Assembly (NCBI RefSeq): GCF_000142905.1
Contig: NW_013657669.1
Location: 124,001 to 188,000, forward strand
Length of the DNA stretch: 64,000 bases
Direction of reading: 5' to 3'
DNA from: Thecamonas trahens ATCC 50062
Lineage: Eukaryota; Protista; Apusomonadida
Made by a program: the position numbers and the translations under genes. Positions within the stretch are counted from its first letter, which is position 1, and every line of letters starts with the position of its first letter. The notes under the pieces are model-generated. The model searched no databases. It was given only the letters and a program-made list of their open reading frames with translations, and was not told the origin of the DNA. Below, in pieces: positions 23,666 through 36,134 of the stretch.

Positions 23666-24004
23666 TCGCACTTTGCCGAGCTCAGCCACCTTTGGCGCCG
23701 CTGCTCTTCGTAAAGCCAGCCCTTTGTTGACGAGACGAGGTCATGAGCCTCGCGCAGCGCGCCTAGCCTCGCCGCCTACGACAGCACCGAACTCTGGGCC
23801 TCGCTCCTCCCTCGGCCAAACACGCAACTCGGGCCATGTCTTTCCTTGACTCGGACTCGGACGACGGAGGCGCGTTCCTCATGCCGTACCAGTACGCAAC
23901 ATAGGGGAGGGGGGGGGGGGGGGGGGGGAGGGGGTGGAAAGGGGAAGGTGACTTACGCAGGCGTGACATGCCATTCATTAATCGACGCGTGCTCTTGACG
24001 CGGC

Positions 24005-24090
24005 TTGGGACTGGGACTGGGCCTGGGCCTGGGCTCGGGACGGGGTATGGGACTGGGCATGGGACTGGGACTGGGCCTGGGCCTGGGAAT
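24005..24090. repeat. Imperfect hexamer tandem repeat (GGGACT/GGGCCT)
   Basis: Directly visible; probably intronic or in the 5'UTR of the sorting nexin. Confidence 0.8.
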
Positions 24091-24189
24091 GGCGGGGGGA
24101 TTGGGCGAGGTGTGGACAGGACGACCATTCCGAGTCTGGCGGGTGCAGGAGGCACAAACAAGGGCTTTGCCAGCGGTCACGGACTAGAC

Positions 24190-25911
24190 ATGGCCAATCC
24201 ATTTGGCGGCGACGGTGAGAGCGACGATAGCGAGCTTGACAACCCGTTTGCTGACGGCGACGACAAAGGCGATGACGGCGACGACGACGAGTACGGGAAC
24301 CCGTTTGCCGATGCTGTGCCACAAGTGTCGGTCGCAGCGCGTGCTCGGGAGCAGGCGCAGGCACAGAGAGGCGCAGCCGGACGGGGCCGGGTGGCGAGCC
24401 CAAAGGGCGACGAGGAGGCGGCAAACCCGTTTGCGGCGGCTGATGCTGCCGATAGCGCCGCCAATGACGACCAAGTTGACAGCAATCCGTTTGCCAATCC
24501 ATTTGAGTCGCCTGGAGTGGCAGCTGCCAAGAGTCGTGCGAGGTCCGGGACACCTGGCGGTGACGACGGCGAGTATTCGTACTACACCGACGACGACGAA
24601 GACGAGGCTGTTGCGGCGAGCCCAGCCAGACCTGCAGGCCGGAGCGAGACGAGTGTAGAAGCTGCGGCGAGCTCGGCGAAGGCTGCCGCTGCCGTTGTTG
24701 GCAATGGCGATGGCGATGGCCTAGATGCGCTGCCAGCCGAGCTGGTTCCCGAGGGCTACGAAGGCCGGCTCATCACTGTGCAGCCACTGGCGGGCACGTT
24801 TGACTCGGAAGACAGCTCGGGAAGTGAGAGTGCGGCGACGGCGGCCAAGAAGCTCGGACGCAAGCTCGGCTCATCGCTCGGGCTCTTCAAGCACACGGTG
24901 TACACAGTGCGGACCGAACAGCACTCGAGGGTGATGGAGGTGGAGCGGCGGTACAAGCACTTTGACTGGCTCTACCAGCAACTGTCGGAGGCGTTCTCGT
25001 TCCGACTTGTGCCGACGCTGCCGGAGCGCAAGTTCTTCGGCCGGTTTGCCAAGAACTTTATCGCGCGGCGGCGGGCCGGCCTGGAGTCATTCCTCAACTT
25101 TATCGCCAACCACCCGATAATGTGCCGGAGCTGGGCGCTCGAGGCCTTTCTCACCACCATGGACAAACGCGAGTGGGAGGCGATCATGGCCGGAAAGGTG
25201 CCTGGTGGCGGCGACCTCGGCAACACGCTTGGGCTTCCGAGTGGCGGCGTGACCGAGTATCTCACGCCCGCACTGCGGATCCGGGCCGAGGCTATGGCGG
25301 CCAAGGTGGCCGGCTACCAGGCCTTCATCCGCGCAGCGCAAAAGACGTCGGAGCGGCGCGAGGCGCGGATCCGTGAGGATGTGGAGGACATGCACATCTT
25401 CGCCGAGGCGCTCCATGGCGCACTCGACGACTCACACCAGCCTGTGGCCCACGATGCGCCGCAGCTGGTCCACGCGGGTATCTGGGTCCGCAATCTCGAC
25501 CGCGAGCTTGACGGCTACTCGAGCGCCGTCACCGACGAAGTGTGGTCGTACCAGGGCCTGCTCGGCACCGCCATCGGCATCGCCAACGGCATGGCCAACG
25601 CCGTCGCTGCGCGAGACAAGCAAGCCGAGGCGACGAAGGCACTCTCCAACGCGGCCGCCACCGCCCGAAGCAAGGCTCTCCAGGCGCCCGACGATCTCGC
25701 TGCTGAGGACGTGGCGCGCAAGCTGGAGGCCCAGGTCACCGCCGCCCGCGCCGATGCCGACATCGCCCTCTACTGCGTCTTGCAAGAGTGGAAAATCTTC
25801 CACGAGTACCAACCGCAGGTTGTCTCGCAGATCATGGAGCAGTACGTTGTCGGCGAGTCGGCCTCGCTTCCCGAGCGGGTCCGCAAGCTCTGGTTCGACA
25901 CGCTGCCGTAG
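24190..25911 (+). CDS. Sorting nexin (PX + BAR-like helical region) with N-terminal NPF motifs
   Basis: PX motifs VERRYKHFDWLYQQL, VPTLPERKFFGRF, FIARRRAGLESFLNFIANHP; helical C-terminus; six NPF motifs. Possible extra 5' exon from the ATG at 23836 (MSFLDSDSDDGGAFLMP). Confidence 0.85.
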   Translation: MANPFGGDGESDDSELDNPFADGDDKGDDGDDDEYGNPFADAVPQVSVAARAREQAQAQRGAAGRGRVASPKGDEEAANPFAAADAADSAANDDQVDSNPFANPFESPGVAAAKSRARSGTPGGDDGEYSYYTDDDEDEAVAASPARPAGRSETSVEAAASSAKAAAAVVGNGDGDGLDALPAELVPEGYEGRLITVQPLAGTFDSEDSSGSESAATAAKKLGRKLGSSLGLFKHTVYTVRTEQHSRVMEVERRYKHFDWLYQQLSEAFSFRLVPTLPERKFFGRFAKNFIARRRAGLESFLNFIANHPIMCRSWALEAFLTTMDKREWEAIMAGKVPGGGDLGNTLGLPSGGVTEYLTPALRIRAEAMAAKVAGYQAFIRAAQKTSERREARIREDVEDMHIFAEALHGALDDSHQPVAHDAPQLVHAGIWVRNLDRELDGYSSAVTDEVWSYQGLLGTAIGIANGMANAVAARDKQAEATKALSNAAATARSKALQAPDDLAAEDVARKLEAQVTAARADADIALYCVLQEWKIFHEYQPQVVSQIMEQYVVGESASLPERVRKLWFDTLP

Positions 25912-26226
25912 GTTTGTACGCAAAAACAATTTGGTTGTCGTTCATGTCGAAAAGAGAGAGGGGGGGGGGGGGGGGGGGGGGCTTTGGCCCGGCACATCGG
26001 TTTTTGCCGGCACGTGCGCCAAGGCGACGCGACTGCATTCAGACACAATGTTCAGTCGATTTCACCGCGGCGCGGAAAAATGACTCGACAACGGAGCACC
26101 GGGAGGGGAGAAGAGCGGGGGAAGCGAGAAGGAGGGGGGGTGGGAGTGGGCCGGTAGGGAACACCGGCACTTCTCGTTGCACAGTGTAGGAGAGGCGCTG
26201 ATAGGTGGAGGAGGAGGCAAAACAGC

Positions 26227-29200
26227 ATGAGCGACCAGAACATCAAGCGGAAGGCGTCTGTGCTGAGCAAGCCCACCCGGGTGAGCCCGGTGACGGACCC
26301 GCTGGCGGGTTCGGCGTCGACGGCTGGGGCCGGCAACGGAGTTGGCGGCTCGACGTCGCAAGGCTCCGGAGAGGCGCTGACCAACTCGCTCTCGACCGAG
26401 TCGTTGGGCTCGACCGACGGGCGGACGGGAGCGGCGAGAGGCTCGCAGGGCGCGGGGCGAGGGCCGGGGAGGACGCCGCAAGCTGCCGGGGCCAGCGGGC
26501 GTGTTTTTGCGGCAGACGGGCGAGCGGCCGACGAGCCGGCTGACGATGAGGTTGGTGAGTTGAGCGAAGGCGAGCGAAAGGGTGAGAGCTCCCGGTTTGT
26601 GCGTGTGGGCGAGCCGAGCGAGGCATATGCCGGCAACGCTATCCACACCTCCAAGTACACGTGGTACTCGTTCCTTCCGCGCAACTTGTACGAGCAGTTT
26701 CGGCGAGTCGCCAACGTCTTCTTCCTTGCGGTTGCCATCCTTCAGCAGATCCCGGGCGTCTCGCCGACGGGCCGCTACACCACCATTCTCCCGCTCGGGC
26801 TTGTTCTGTTTGTGACAGGCCTCAAGGCAGCGATCGAAGACTGGCGGCGGCACCGTTCGGACAAGATGACCAACGCGACGCCAGGCCGGGTTCTGAGGTG
26901 GAAGGCAAGCTCAGGGGCGGAGAGCAGGCGGCGGAGCGGCCGTGCTGGCGACGATGATGGGTACCACGGTGCCGACTCGTCGCATCCAGGTCTCAACAAC
27001 GTCGAGTCGCCCGAGTGGGAGTCTGTGGCGTGGTCCGACATTGTGGTGGGCGATGTGGTCCGGGTCGAAGCCGACGAGACGTTTCCGGCAGACATGGTGT
27101 TGTTGGCGTCGTCGCGGGTCGACGGGACGGCTTCGGTGGAGACGGCCAACCTCGACGGCGAGACAAACCTCAAGCAGCGGCGGTCGCTGGAGCAGACGGC
27201 GCACCTGCAAGACGCCGAGGAGCTGGCGCAGTTTTGCGTGGCCGGCGTCAGCATCGAGTACGAGCTCGCGTCGCCCGTTGTGCACCGGTTCTCGGGCAAC
27301 GTGCACATGCCGCGGCTGGGGCGCGGGCCGACGGGCGAGCGGCAGTGGCAGTCGCAGGCCTCGGACGTGGTTCCGGCTCTGTGAGCCAGATCATGCTGCG
27401 CGGGTGCCAGCTGCGGAACACCGAGTTTGTGCATGGAGTGGTGCTGTACGCCGGACACGAGACCAAGCTGATGCAAAACTCGACAGCGCGGGTCTCCAAG
27501 ATCTCCAACGTGGAAAAGGTGGCCAACTACCAGATTGTGCTCATGTTTGTGCTCGAGATCACACTCGCGGCCCTGGCGGCGATGGGCTCGGGCATCTGGA
27601 TTTCGGCGGCGAAGAAGGACAACACGACGTATCTCGGGCTCCACGATGTCGAGCCGACGCCGTACGCCTTTTCCAACTTTTTCACCTTTTTCATTCTCTT
27701 CAACAACCTCATTCCGATCTCACTCTACGTCTCGATGGAGCTTGTCAAGTTTGGGCAGGCCTACCTCATCTCGTCCGACTTGACCATGTACCATGCGGCG
27801 TCGGATACACCTGCCGAGGCGCTGACCTCGGATCTCAACGAGGAGCTGGGCCAGATCCAGTACGTGTTTGCCGACAAGACCGGAACACTGACGGAGAATC
27901 TCATGGCGTTTGCCGGCATTTCTATCGACTCTGTCATGTACGGCTCGCTCCCGAGTGGCAACAAGAACTCGCGCGGGCCTCAACACGATCTTGTGCCGCT
28001 CTCGCAGCTCAAGGCCTCGCTTGCGGTCCGCGACGCATCGTCACCTCACTGGAAAGCGCTGCTCACGCTCGCGCTCTGCCACACCGTTCTTCCGTCTGCC
28101 GACGCCAGCCATGACGAGGCGCTGGGCGAGACGCTGGCGGGGCATGCCGAGGCACGACCGAGCCCGACCGAGATGGCGGCGTCGGTAGCGGGCATCAAGT
28201 ACCAGGCCGAGTCGCCGGACGAGGGCGCTCTGGTGCACGCGGCGCGCGAGCTCGGGTGTGCGCTTGTCGACCGCATGCCGCGGTCGATGACGGTTGCGAT
28301 GGCGCGTGGACGGAGCGGCAGCGGACCGAGCTTTGTCGAGTACGAGCTCCTGCACGTGCTTGAGTTTACCTCTGCGCGCAAGCGCATGTCTGTCATTGTC
28401 CGCAACTCTGCCGGCAGCATTCTGCTGCTGACCAAGGGCGCTGATACAGTTATTTTGCCTGCACTCGCGGAGACGTCCAAGGCATCGCCGGCGCTGCTTG
28501 CGGGCCTTGTCCACATCGAGATGTTTGCTGAGGCCGGGCTCCGGACGCTCATGTGCGCCGTGAGAGAGCTCGAGAGGGAGACGTACGAGGCTTGGAAAGC
28601 TGAGCACTTTGATCCGGCGGCGCGCGCGCTGGAGCACCGTGACGACAAGCTGGCGGCAGCGGCAGCGATCATCGAGACCGAGCTCGAGTATGTGTGCGTG
28701 ACTGCCATCGAGGACAAGCTGCAGGAGGGGGTGTCGGACACGATTTCGCTGTTGCGCAAGGCCGGAATCAACGTCTGGGTCCTCACGGGCGACAAGCAGG
28801 GGACGGCGATCAACATTGCGATGTCTTGCGAGCTCCTCACGCCTGCGATGCAGTTGCACGTGGCAAACGAGGACACTGCAGAAGCGACGGTGGCACGGCT
28901 TGTAGCGCTGGAGAAGCTTGTGCCGGTCGAGTCCGAGCAGGAGCAGGCGTTTGTCATCGACGGGCACACCCTCTTCCACGCGCTGGAGGACAAGGTCGGC
29001 GCTGCCACATTTGAGGAGGTCTCCACGCGGTGCCGGGCGGTCATTGTTTGCCGTGCGACGCCGTTGCAAAAGGCATCTGTGGTGAAGATGGTACGGGTGC
29101 GGAAGCCGCCGGGCGGCGGGCCGCGGGCGCTGACCCTTGCGATCGGCGACGGCTCCAACGACGTGTCGATGATTCAGGCTGCGCACGTCGGGGTGGGCAT

Positions 29201-30589
29201 TTCTGGGCGCGAGGGGCTGCAGGCTGCGCGTGCGGCGGACTACGCCATTGCGCAGTTCCGCTATCTCGCGGTCCTCCTCCTCAAGCATGGGGCGTGGAGC
29301 TACCAGCGGACGACGATGGTGATCAACTACTCGTTCTACAAGAACATTGCGCTGTACCTCATCCAGCTCTGGTTTGCGTTTTTCAACGGGCTTTCTGGCC
29401 AGACGCTCTTTGAGCGATGGACGATCTCGCTCTTCAACGTGCTCTTCACCTCCCTCCCGATTCTTGTGCACGGGCTGTACAACGCCGAGTTTTCGGCGTC
29501 GACGCAGCTGCTGTTCCCCGAGCTGTACTGGGCGGGGCGTAACCGCGAATTGTTCAACACCAAGGTATTCTGGTCGTGGTGCGCCAACGCGGTCTTCCAC
29601 TCGCTAGTTCTCTACTTTTTGTGACGGGCGGGCTCGGCGCGTCGGCGTCGTGGCGGGCAAACGGGCAGGCATCGGATTTGGTCTCGCTCGGCTTTGTGGT
29701 GTACACGGCGGTGGTGTGGGTGGTGAACCTCAAGTTGGGGCTGGTGACGCACTCGATGAGCAGTCTGCAGTTTGGCGCGTTTGCCGTCTCGATTGCGACG
29801 TGGTACCTGTATTTGGTGGTCTACCCACTCGCGCAGATCAACGACGAGGCCATCGGCGCCGGCTTCTATGTTCTCGGCTCGGCACCGACATGGTTTGTGG
29901 TGGGTGGAGTGTGCATTGTGGCGCTCCTCCGCGACATTTTGTGGGCGTACGTGGAGCGGACGTTTTTCCCGACTTCGCGGCACATTGTGCGCGAGCTCGA
30001 TGCGTCTGGACGGCTGCCGCGGCTTGCTCCCGAGATGGTGGCGATGCATGGCCCGGGCGGCGGACGCATGAACGTTGTCGGCGAGGCCGACATCGAGGTG
30101 GCGTCGTCGTCAGCAGCGCAGACGTCTGAGCTCGTGAGCCGGACGCGGTCGACAGCGTCGGCGACGGAACGCGAGTCGCTGCCGACGCTCTCGGCGCTAC
30201 CCTCGTCAGCAGGCTCGGGCAGGCAGCGGGTGCGCCGGGCGACGGGTGGCGGGCCGGGCTCGGCGCGCTCGTCGCGATCGCGGCTGGAGGTCATCGAGGC
30301 GGCGGACGAGCTCAGCGTGACCGACGACGAGTCGGACTCGGGCGAGGTTGAGTCGTCGTCGCACATTCGTTCCTCGAGGCGGTCGTCGCTCAACCGTTCG
30401 TCACGGATAGGCGACTCTTCGAGCCGTGACACCGGTCTCGGCCGACAAAACTCCAAGCCCAACGTGCCGCGGAGCGGTGGGCTGGGCTCGCGCTCCGGCG
30501 CGGCACCAGCGACGCAACCCGGATCGCGCTCCCGCTCGCGGAGGAATACGAACTCGTCAGTCGAGTCGTCGTCGAGCTTCAATATGTAG
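26227..30589 (+). CDS. Phospholipid-transporting P4-ATPase (Drs2/ATP8A-like); apparent -1 frameshifts at ~27376 and ~29620
   Basis: NAIHTSKYTWYSFLPRNLYEQFRR, ETANLDGETNLK, LRGCQLRNT, NNLIPISLYV, DKTGTLTEN, YQAESPDEGAL, WVLTGDKQGTA, AIGDGSNDVSMIQ; spread over three overlapping ORFs. Confidence 0.95.
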
Positions 30590-30755
30590 GAGGTAAAAAG
30601 AGCTGCAGACGAGCATGTAATGAGGGGGGGGGGGGGGGAAGGGCAAGGAAAGCAAAGTACGCCTCGGACCCAAGGCTATACTTGAGACCATCCCAAGCGC
30701 CAATGGCAGGAGATAGATTGGGATGGGGGTAAGGGGGCGGGGAGACCGCGGCGGC

Positions 30756-32913
30756 TTACAGACGAAGCCAGTAGAGGAGCTGCAGGCAGCGGCGCTTGTA
30801 GGCAAACGACTCGCCAGCCACACGCTTGAGGCGCAGGCCATGGAGGTCCTTGAGGTCAGAGACAATGCAGACCTCGATCTCGATCTGTAGCGGGTTGCCG
30901 TGGTCGTCGGCCCACGAGATCTCGTAAATGGCACCGGCGCGGGTGTAGGAGATGCCCCGCTCGCCGAGGGCCGACTCAATGATCTGGAAGATCTCCTCGG
31001 CAGGCTTGGTCGAGGTGGTTGCGACGGAGAAGGGACCCTTGACCTTGCGAAGCTTGGTAGAGCCGCGCGAGCCCGAGACGCCCGAGACGAAAGCAGCCTT
31101 TGCGGCGTCGAGCGAGAACTTCTTGCGCTTGCGGCGCTGGTCGCGACCCGGGTTGAGCTTGAGAACCATGGGCGTGGCGGCGTCCTCAGCGCCGTCTGCG
31201 GCGTCGGGTGAGGCGTCGGCGCCGTCATCATCGTCCTTGCCTTTTGCCTTGGCCTTGGCTTTGGCCTTCTTGGCCTTGCCCTTGGACTTGTCGCGCTTGC
31301 GGTCGCGGCGCGAGGCGCGAGCCTCGGCCATGGCGTCCTCGAGGTTGTCGATGGGAAGCGTTCCGTTCGGCTGGATTGAGTGGCGGCGAGACTTGCGGTT
31401 GTACGCCTTGGGCACATCGACCTTGCCGAGGTCGACGGCGGCGACCTCCTCGGCCATCTCTGCGCGGGCACGCTCGGCCGAGGTGCGGCCGCGCGAGGCA
31501 CGGCGGGAAGAGCGCGACGACTTGGGCGCCGACTCGGAGATCGTCTCGAGGCCGAGGGCCTGGCGCGAGGCGCGCTTGCGCTCGCGGGGCTCGGACGAGG
31601 CCGACGCGGTGGCCGACGCGGCGTCGGCGGCCTCGGCGGCCTCGATGGCAGTCTTCTCGACAGAGAGGTAGTAGGCGCACGAAAGGATGTTGTTGTCGCG
31701 GTTGGTGAGCGCACCACGGACAGCCTCGATGTCGAGGCCCATCTCGGCCAGGCGGTCGAGGTGAGCCTCGTCAGGTTCTTCAACGGGCTCGCGGTGCGGC
31801 ATGATGTAGTCGGGTGGGCCGTCGTGATCGATGAGCATCCACGGATGGCGTGCGACTTCGTCGAGCGACGCGCGCTGGTCCGGGTTGACCACGATCATGC
31901 GGTTGAGTAGGTCGTTGCACTCGGGCGAGATGTAGAACGGGACCTCAAAGTTGCCCTTGACGATCTTTTTGAACATGGCGTCGCGCGTCGCGCCGTCAAA
32001 CGGAAGCTTGCCACATGTGAGCGCAAAGAGAATGACGCCGAGCGACCAGATCTCAGACTTGGCGCCGAGGTACTCCTCACCGCGGATCATCTCGGGCGGC
32101 GCGTAGCCGGGCGAGCCGCAGAAGGTCGAGAGCAACTCGGTGTCGTTGAACGCGTTGGCAAAGCCAAAGTCGATGATCTTAATCTGCGCGTTCTCGTCAA
32201 GGAGCAGGTTCTCCGGCTTGAGGTCGCGATGGATGATAAAGTTCTTGTGGCAGTAGCCCATGGCCGAGATGATCTGCCGGAAGAACACCCGCGCCTGCTT
32301 CTCCTTCACCCGTCCGCGCGCCACAATGTAGTCGAAGAGCTCACCGCCAGGCGCATACTCGAGCACAAGGAGGTACTGGTCCTCAAGGTTGAGGAGCTAT
32401 CCGCCATCGCCCATCGCCCCAACGCCCCAGTGTGTGTGAGTCTGCGGCCCAAGTGTTGGCACTCTCGGCACAGCGAACAATTTGGCTTGCCAAATGAACA
32501 TTCAACAAACGTCATGTTGCGGAATAAAATGTCAGCGGGCCAGGATGGCACCACGAACCGGCGGGGCTGAGCCAAGGCTGCAGGGGGGGTCAGCCAAGGA
32601 ACTACACACGCTCTCTCGGGCTTACCTCCTTCATGTTGACAATGTTCGGGTGCTTGAGCAGCGACATGAGCTTGATTTCGCGCTCAACCCGCACAAAGTC
32701 CTTGACGCGGCGCAGCTTAGACTTCTGAATGACCTTGATCGCCACCTTCTCCCCAGTCCGCAGGTCCTCGGCAAGCTTAACCTTGCCGTACGAGCCCTGG
32801 CCGAGGGTCTTGATGAACTTGTAGTGGACGTCCATAGAGTTGATGGACTTGCGCCGGACAACCTTGTCCAGCGTCCGCGAAATGCGCATGGGCTGCGGAG
32901 ACAACGAAGACAT
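30756..32913 (-). CDS. MARK/Par-1/Kin1-family Ser/Thr kinase with UBA and KA1 domains; exons 32913-32626 and 32396-30756
   Basis: LGQGSYGKVKLA, VAIKVI, IIHRDLKPENLLL, DFGFAN, TFCGSPGYAPPE; UBA-like LAEMGLD; KA1 TTSTKPAEEI...LRLKRVAGESFAYK; phase-0 GTAAGC...ATAG intron. Confidence 0.93.
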
Positions 32914-34289
32914 CAATCAGGTCTGAAGAGAGAGCAGTGTGCGCGGACGCCGACAGTGGTTTGTTCGCCGGCCCGTTGGCCCGCAAGCGCCATCCACTTT
33001 GAGTTTGTCAAACGATTGACAAGATAGCGACGTTTGTCGACTTGACCAAGCAGTGGGCGAGGCGAGGCCGTCCCCTATCGCCGTCGGAGGGCGGGTGCGA
33101 TGCGCTCACCCCAGCCGAAGAGCCGCAGCGGCGGCCGGATCAGGTGACAACAGCGATGGACCGCTCATCGCCATTGCACGTTGGACGCCGTAGGTGCCAA
33201 CGAGCCGCAGTGGTGGCTCGTTGGACACCGTCGAGCGTCGTGGGAGCGTCCATGCCGCCGGCGTGGCAGCCACGTTCTGAGCCGTGAAGCAGCACTAGCC
33301 GCCCGATCGGATAGTTTGTTGATGTGCACGAATGCAACGATGTATGCCATCGACACGCTGGTGGAGGAGGCCAACTTGGGCAGGCCGACTGCCAACAATC
33401 CCATCGCCGTCTCGTCACCACCGTAGATGGCACCGCCACTGCGGCCAACAGCGCCTCCACGCCAGTCAGCAGAACACTCGCCAATTGCAGCTGGACGCCG
33501 CGGATGTGTCCGTACTCACCCCCATCATCCTCCGAGCCGAGGAGCCGTAGGGGCGGCCCGATCATCGACAGCGCTAGGGCGTCGGTGGTCACGCTCGGCC
33601 TCGAGCATCCGAAAGCCGCTGACCAAATCGAACGGTGACAGCATTCGGTGTGACCAAGTGATTGATCATGCAACTTTTACTCAAGTCCCGCAGGAGAACC
33701 AGACTGCAAGTCGCCACGAGAGGGAAGCTGCTCGAATTAGCAAGAAACTGCACTTGGAGGTAGGTGATCATGCCTGCAAGCCCTGCGCTTGAGTTTAGTG
33801 GCGCTGTGACGGTCTCTCTGTTACATTGGTTGGGCGGATGCGGCACAGCGGAGGGCGCTCGAGTTGGCGGCTGTTGTACCCACTGATAGTGGCGCAGAAG
33901 GCGATCGTCTCTACCAAACCAGTGTTACGCATGTAGATACATGCATGGTGACAGGCAGTTGCGTAAAAGTGGTTCTGATGCGAAATGGGCCGTCCATGGT
34001 GGAGAGGCGACGGCCCGACAGTGCGCAGGTCGAGTCGAGACGGCTCCGTCCTGGTACTGCGTGAGGAGCCATAGCGGGCCCGCCACAAACATGGCATGAG
34101 TACAGCGGCTGTCATCATGAGCTAGAAGTGCAGCATAAGTTCCTGCGAGCGGAAGACGGGCGTTCAAGGTGGTAGAGAAGGCTGAGGCAGCGAGAAGCCC
34201 GGTCGTATCTCGGACTTCTTAGTGATAAAATTTTCCGAGCAAGGACCCAACCTCCTATGACAACGGCGTGCAGCCGAGCGTGAGATATG

Positions 34290-34445
34290 AAAAGATGAGG
34301 ACAAATCCATATATTGCGTATATAAATATAAATAAAAAATACAAAGTAATGTATTTGTAAAAGTTGTGCTTACAACCAATCATTTATATTTTGTACCAAT
34401 TAGAATTATATATATGTATAGATACATTGTCAAATTGATAGGATA
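34290..34445. other. Strongly AT-rich island in the intergenic region
   Basis: e.g. tatataaatataaataaaaaatacaaagtaatgtatttgtaaaa...attatatatatgtatagatac in an otherwise GC-rich window. Confidence 0.85.
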
Positions 34446-34739
34446 AGTGCGGGACACACGTCGTCGTACCTCCACGGCCTTGGCTCCCTCGAGCTCTTTC
34501 TCGCCTACAAAAGCCCGTGGCACCACCTCGCATCCATAGTGCGGCTACTGACGGGCTCAATAATGACGCTGTGGTGCAGGGCTACGGTTGAAGTACCATG
34601 GCATCGGCACGCGTCGCTTGTATCCGATGATCCCCCGGGTACACACAGCACACGTAAGCACAAGGGCAACGGCTGCCAATAAACTAAGTTCAATCACCGT
34701 TCACACAAAGGTATAGATGAGGCCAAGCGTATCGCAGCA

Positions 34740-35873
34740 TCATCCGTCGGCGCGGTAGAAGCGGAGGACGCCGTCGCCGGCAACCAGATGCGAGTGGTTG
34801 AGCGAGGGATGGTACTTGATAAAGGCTGTGGAGCCATCGTTGTGGTAGTGTGGGCCAAGGATGTCGGCGAGAGCGGCCATAGCCTTGGGCGCGTTGTAGT
34901 GCGGCATGGTGGGAAAGAGGTGGTGGCAGACGTGATAGCGTGCGGCGCCATGGAGCATAAAGTCAAAGGGCCAGAACGAGCGGTCGACAGTCTGTAGAGC
35001 GCCGCGGAGCTTGGTCCAAGCGGTGGCGTCAAAGGCGACAAGTTCACCAGTCTCATCGCGGTGCTGCATGTAGCCAATCATGAGGTTGGCGGCGCCACAC
35101 GCACAGAGCGGGACAAACGCGAACTTGAGCGTGGCGGCTGGAGCGTGGTAGAAGCCAGCAGCGAGCGCTGACCACTGAACAATGACCATGGCAAAGTTGA
35201 CGAGCGAGAGCGAGTTGTTCATCTCGGGATTGTAGAAGAGCGAGTCGGTCGAGAGCTTGCCGTTCTTCCCGCGGAGGCCACAGAGGTAGAGAAAGTGCAT
35301 GAGGAAGAGGCCAATCGGGCTCAGCCAACGGAGCATCCAGCGGATGGCAGTAAGAACAGGCGTCGAGACCCGCGAGTAGGTAAAGTACTCTTCAAGATCC
35401 TCGTGCGCTGTCCAGCGGTGGTGCAGAAAGTGGGCCTGCCGCCAGTTCTCAAACGGCATGAAGCCAGCAAGCATGGTCACCGAGCCGAGCGCCTTGTTGA
35501 GCAGCGGCCACCGAGTGAACGAGCCATGCGCGCACTCGTGTCCGATTGCCAGGTAGCCGTAGAGCGAGAAGCCGAGCGCGATGTACACCAGCGGGAGCGC
35601 CGCGACGGGCGCCCAGGTGAGGAGCCAGAGGAGCGCGCCCGACGTCGCCGTCGTCTGCACCACCTGGCCCAGCGCCACCCAGTGGTTGCGCTCAAAGCAA
35701 TCGGCCGGAAGCGCCGCCACCAGCTGCGCGTGCGTAAAGGGGTACTCTGGCGGAGGTATGTGTGCATCTTTGCCTTGTGCATCTTTCCTGCCGGTTGCAC
35801 TCGCCCGTGCGGCATGTGCCCGCCGCTGCAAGCTCGACTCGGCCGGCGGGGACTCGCGGAGGACGCCAGTCAT
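34740..35873 (-). CDS. Membrane fatty acid desaturase (Delta-12/omega-3, FAD2/FAD3-type)
   Basis: Three His boxes GHECAHGSF, WRQAHFLHH, HVCHHLFPTMPHYNA; PFT...LPADCFER and LRGALQTVDR; no cytochrome b5 fusion. Confidence 0.9.
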   Translation of the reverse strand: MTGVLRESPPAESSLQRRAHAARASATGRKDAQGKDAHIPPPEYPFTHAQLVAALPADCFERNHWVALGQVVQTTATSGALLWLLTWAPVAALPLVYIALGFSLYGYLAIGHECAHGSFTRWPLLNKALGSVTMLAGFMPFENWRQAHFLHHRWTAHEDLEEYFTYSRVSTPVLTAIRWMLRWLSPIGLFLMHFLYLCGLRGKNGKLSTDSLFYNPEMNNSLSLVNFAMVIVQWSALAAGFYHAPAATLKFAFVPLCACGAANLMIGYMQHRDETGELVAFDATAWTKLRGALQTVDRSFWPFDFMLHGAARYHVCHHLFPTMPHYNAPKAMAALADILGPHYHNDGSTAFIKYHPSLNHSHLVAGDGVLRFYRADG

Positions 35874-36134
35874 TGTGGCAAAGCGCGTGCGTGTGAGTGA
35901 CGGCCTTGTCTGTGTGTGGATGATGGGGGAGAGCGAGCACGGAGTCTGTCTGCTGCCCACGTGTGCGAGAAGTGTGGAGGTGCGGAGGTTTGTGCGGGCG
36001 TTCCCAATCGCTGACGTGTTGGGTGGGACATTGATGGGTCACGTGCTAGGCCTAGCACATGCCATTCACGGCCTTGTTTTTTTCGCTCTGGTCAGCGGCA
36101 CGTACGCTTCACGGCTGGCTACAGTTGGGCGAGA

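Noticed and set aside
23968-24189. Gly-Thr/Gly-Pro repeat N-terminus of the sorting nexin ORF
   Set aside because: It derives from a hexamer repeat next to a poly-G tract, typical of intron/UTR sequence here, and is probably not translated.
33140-33680. Possible pseudogene
   Set aside because: The coding-like frames could not be matched to any family, so it is not listed as a feature.
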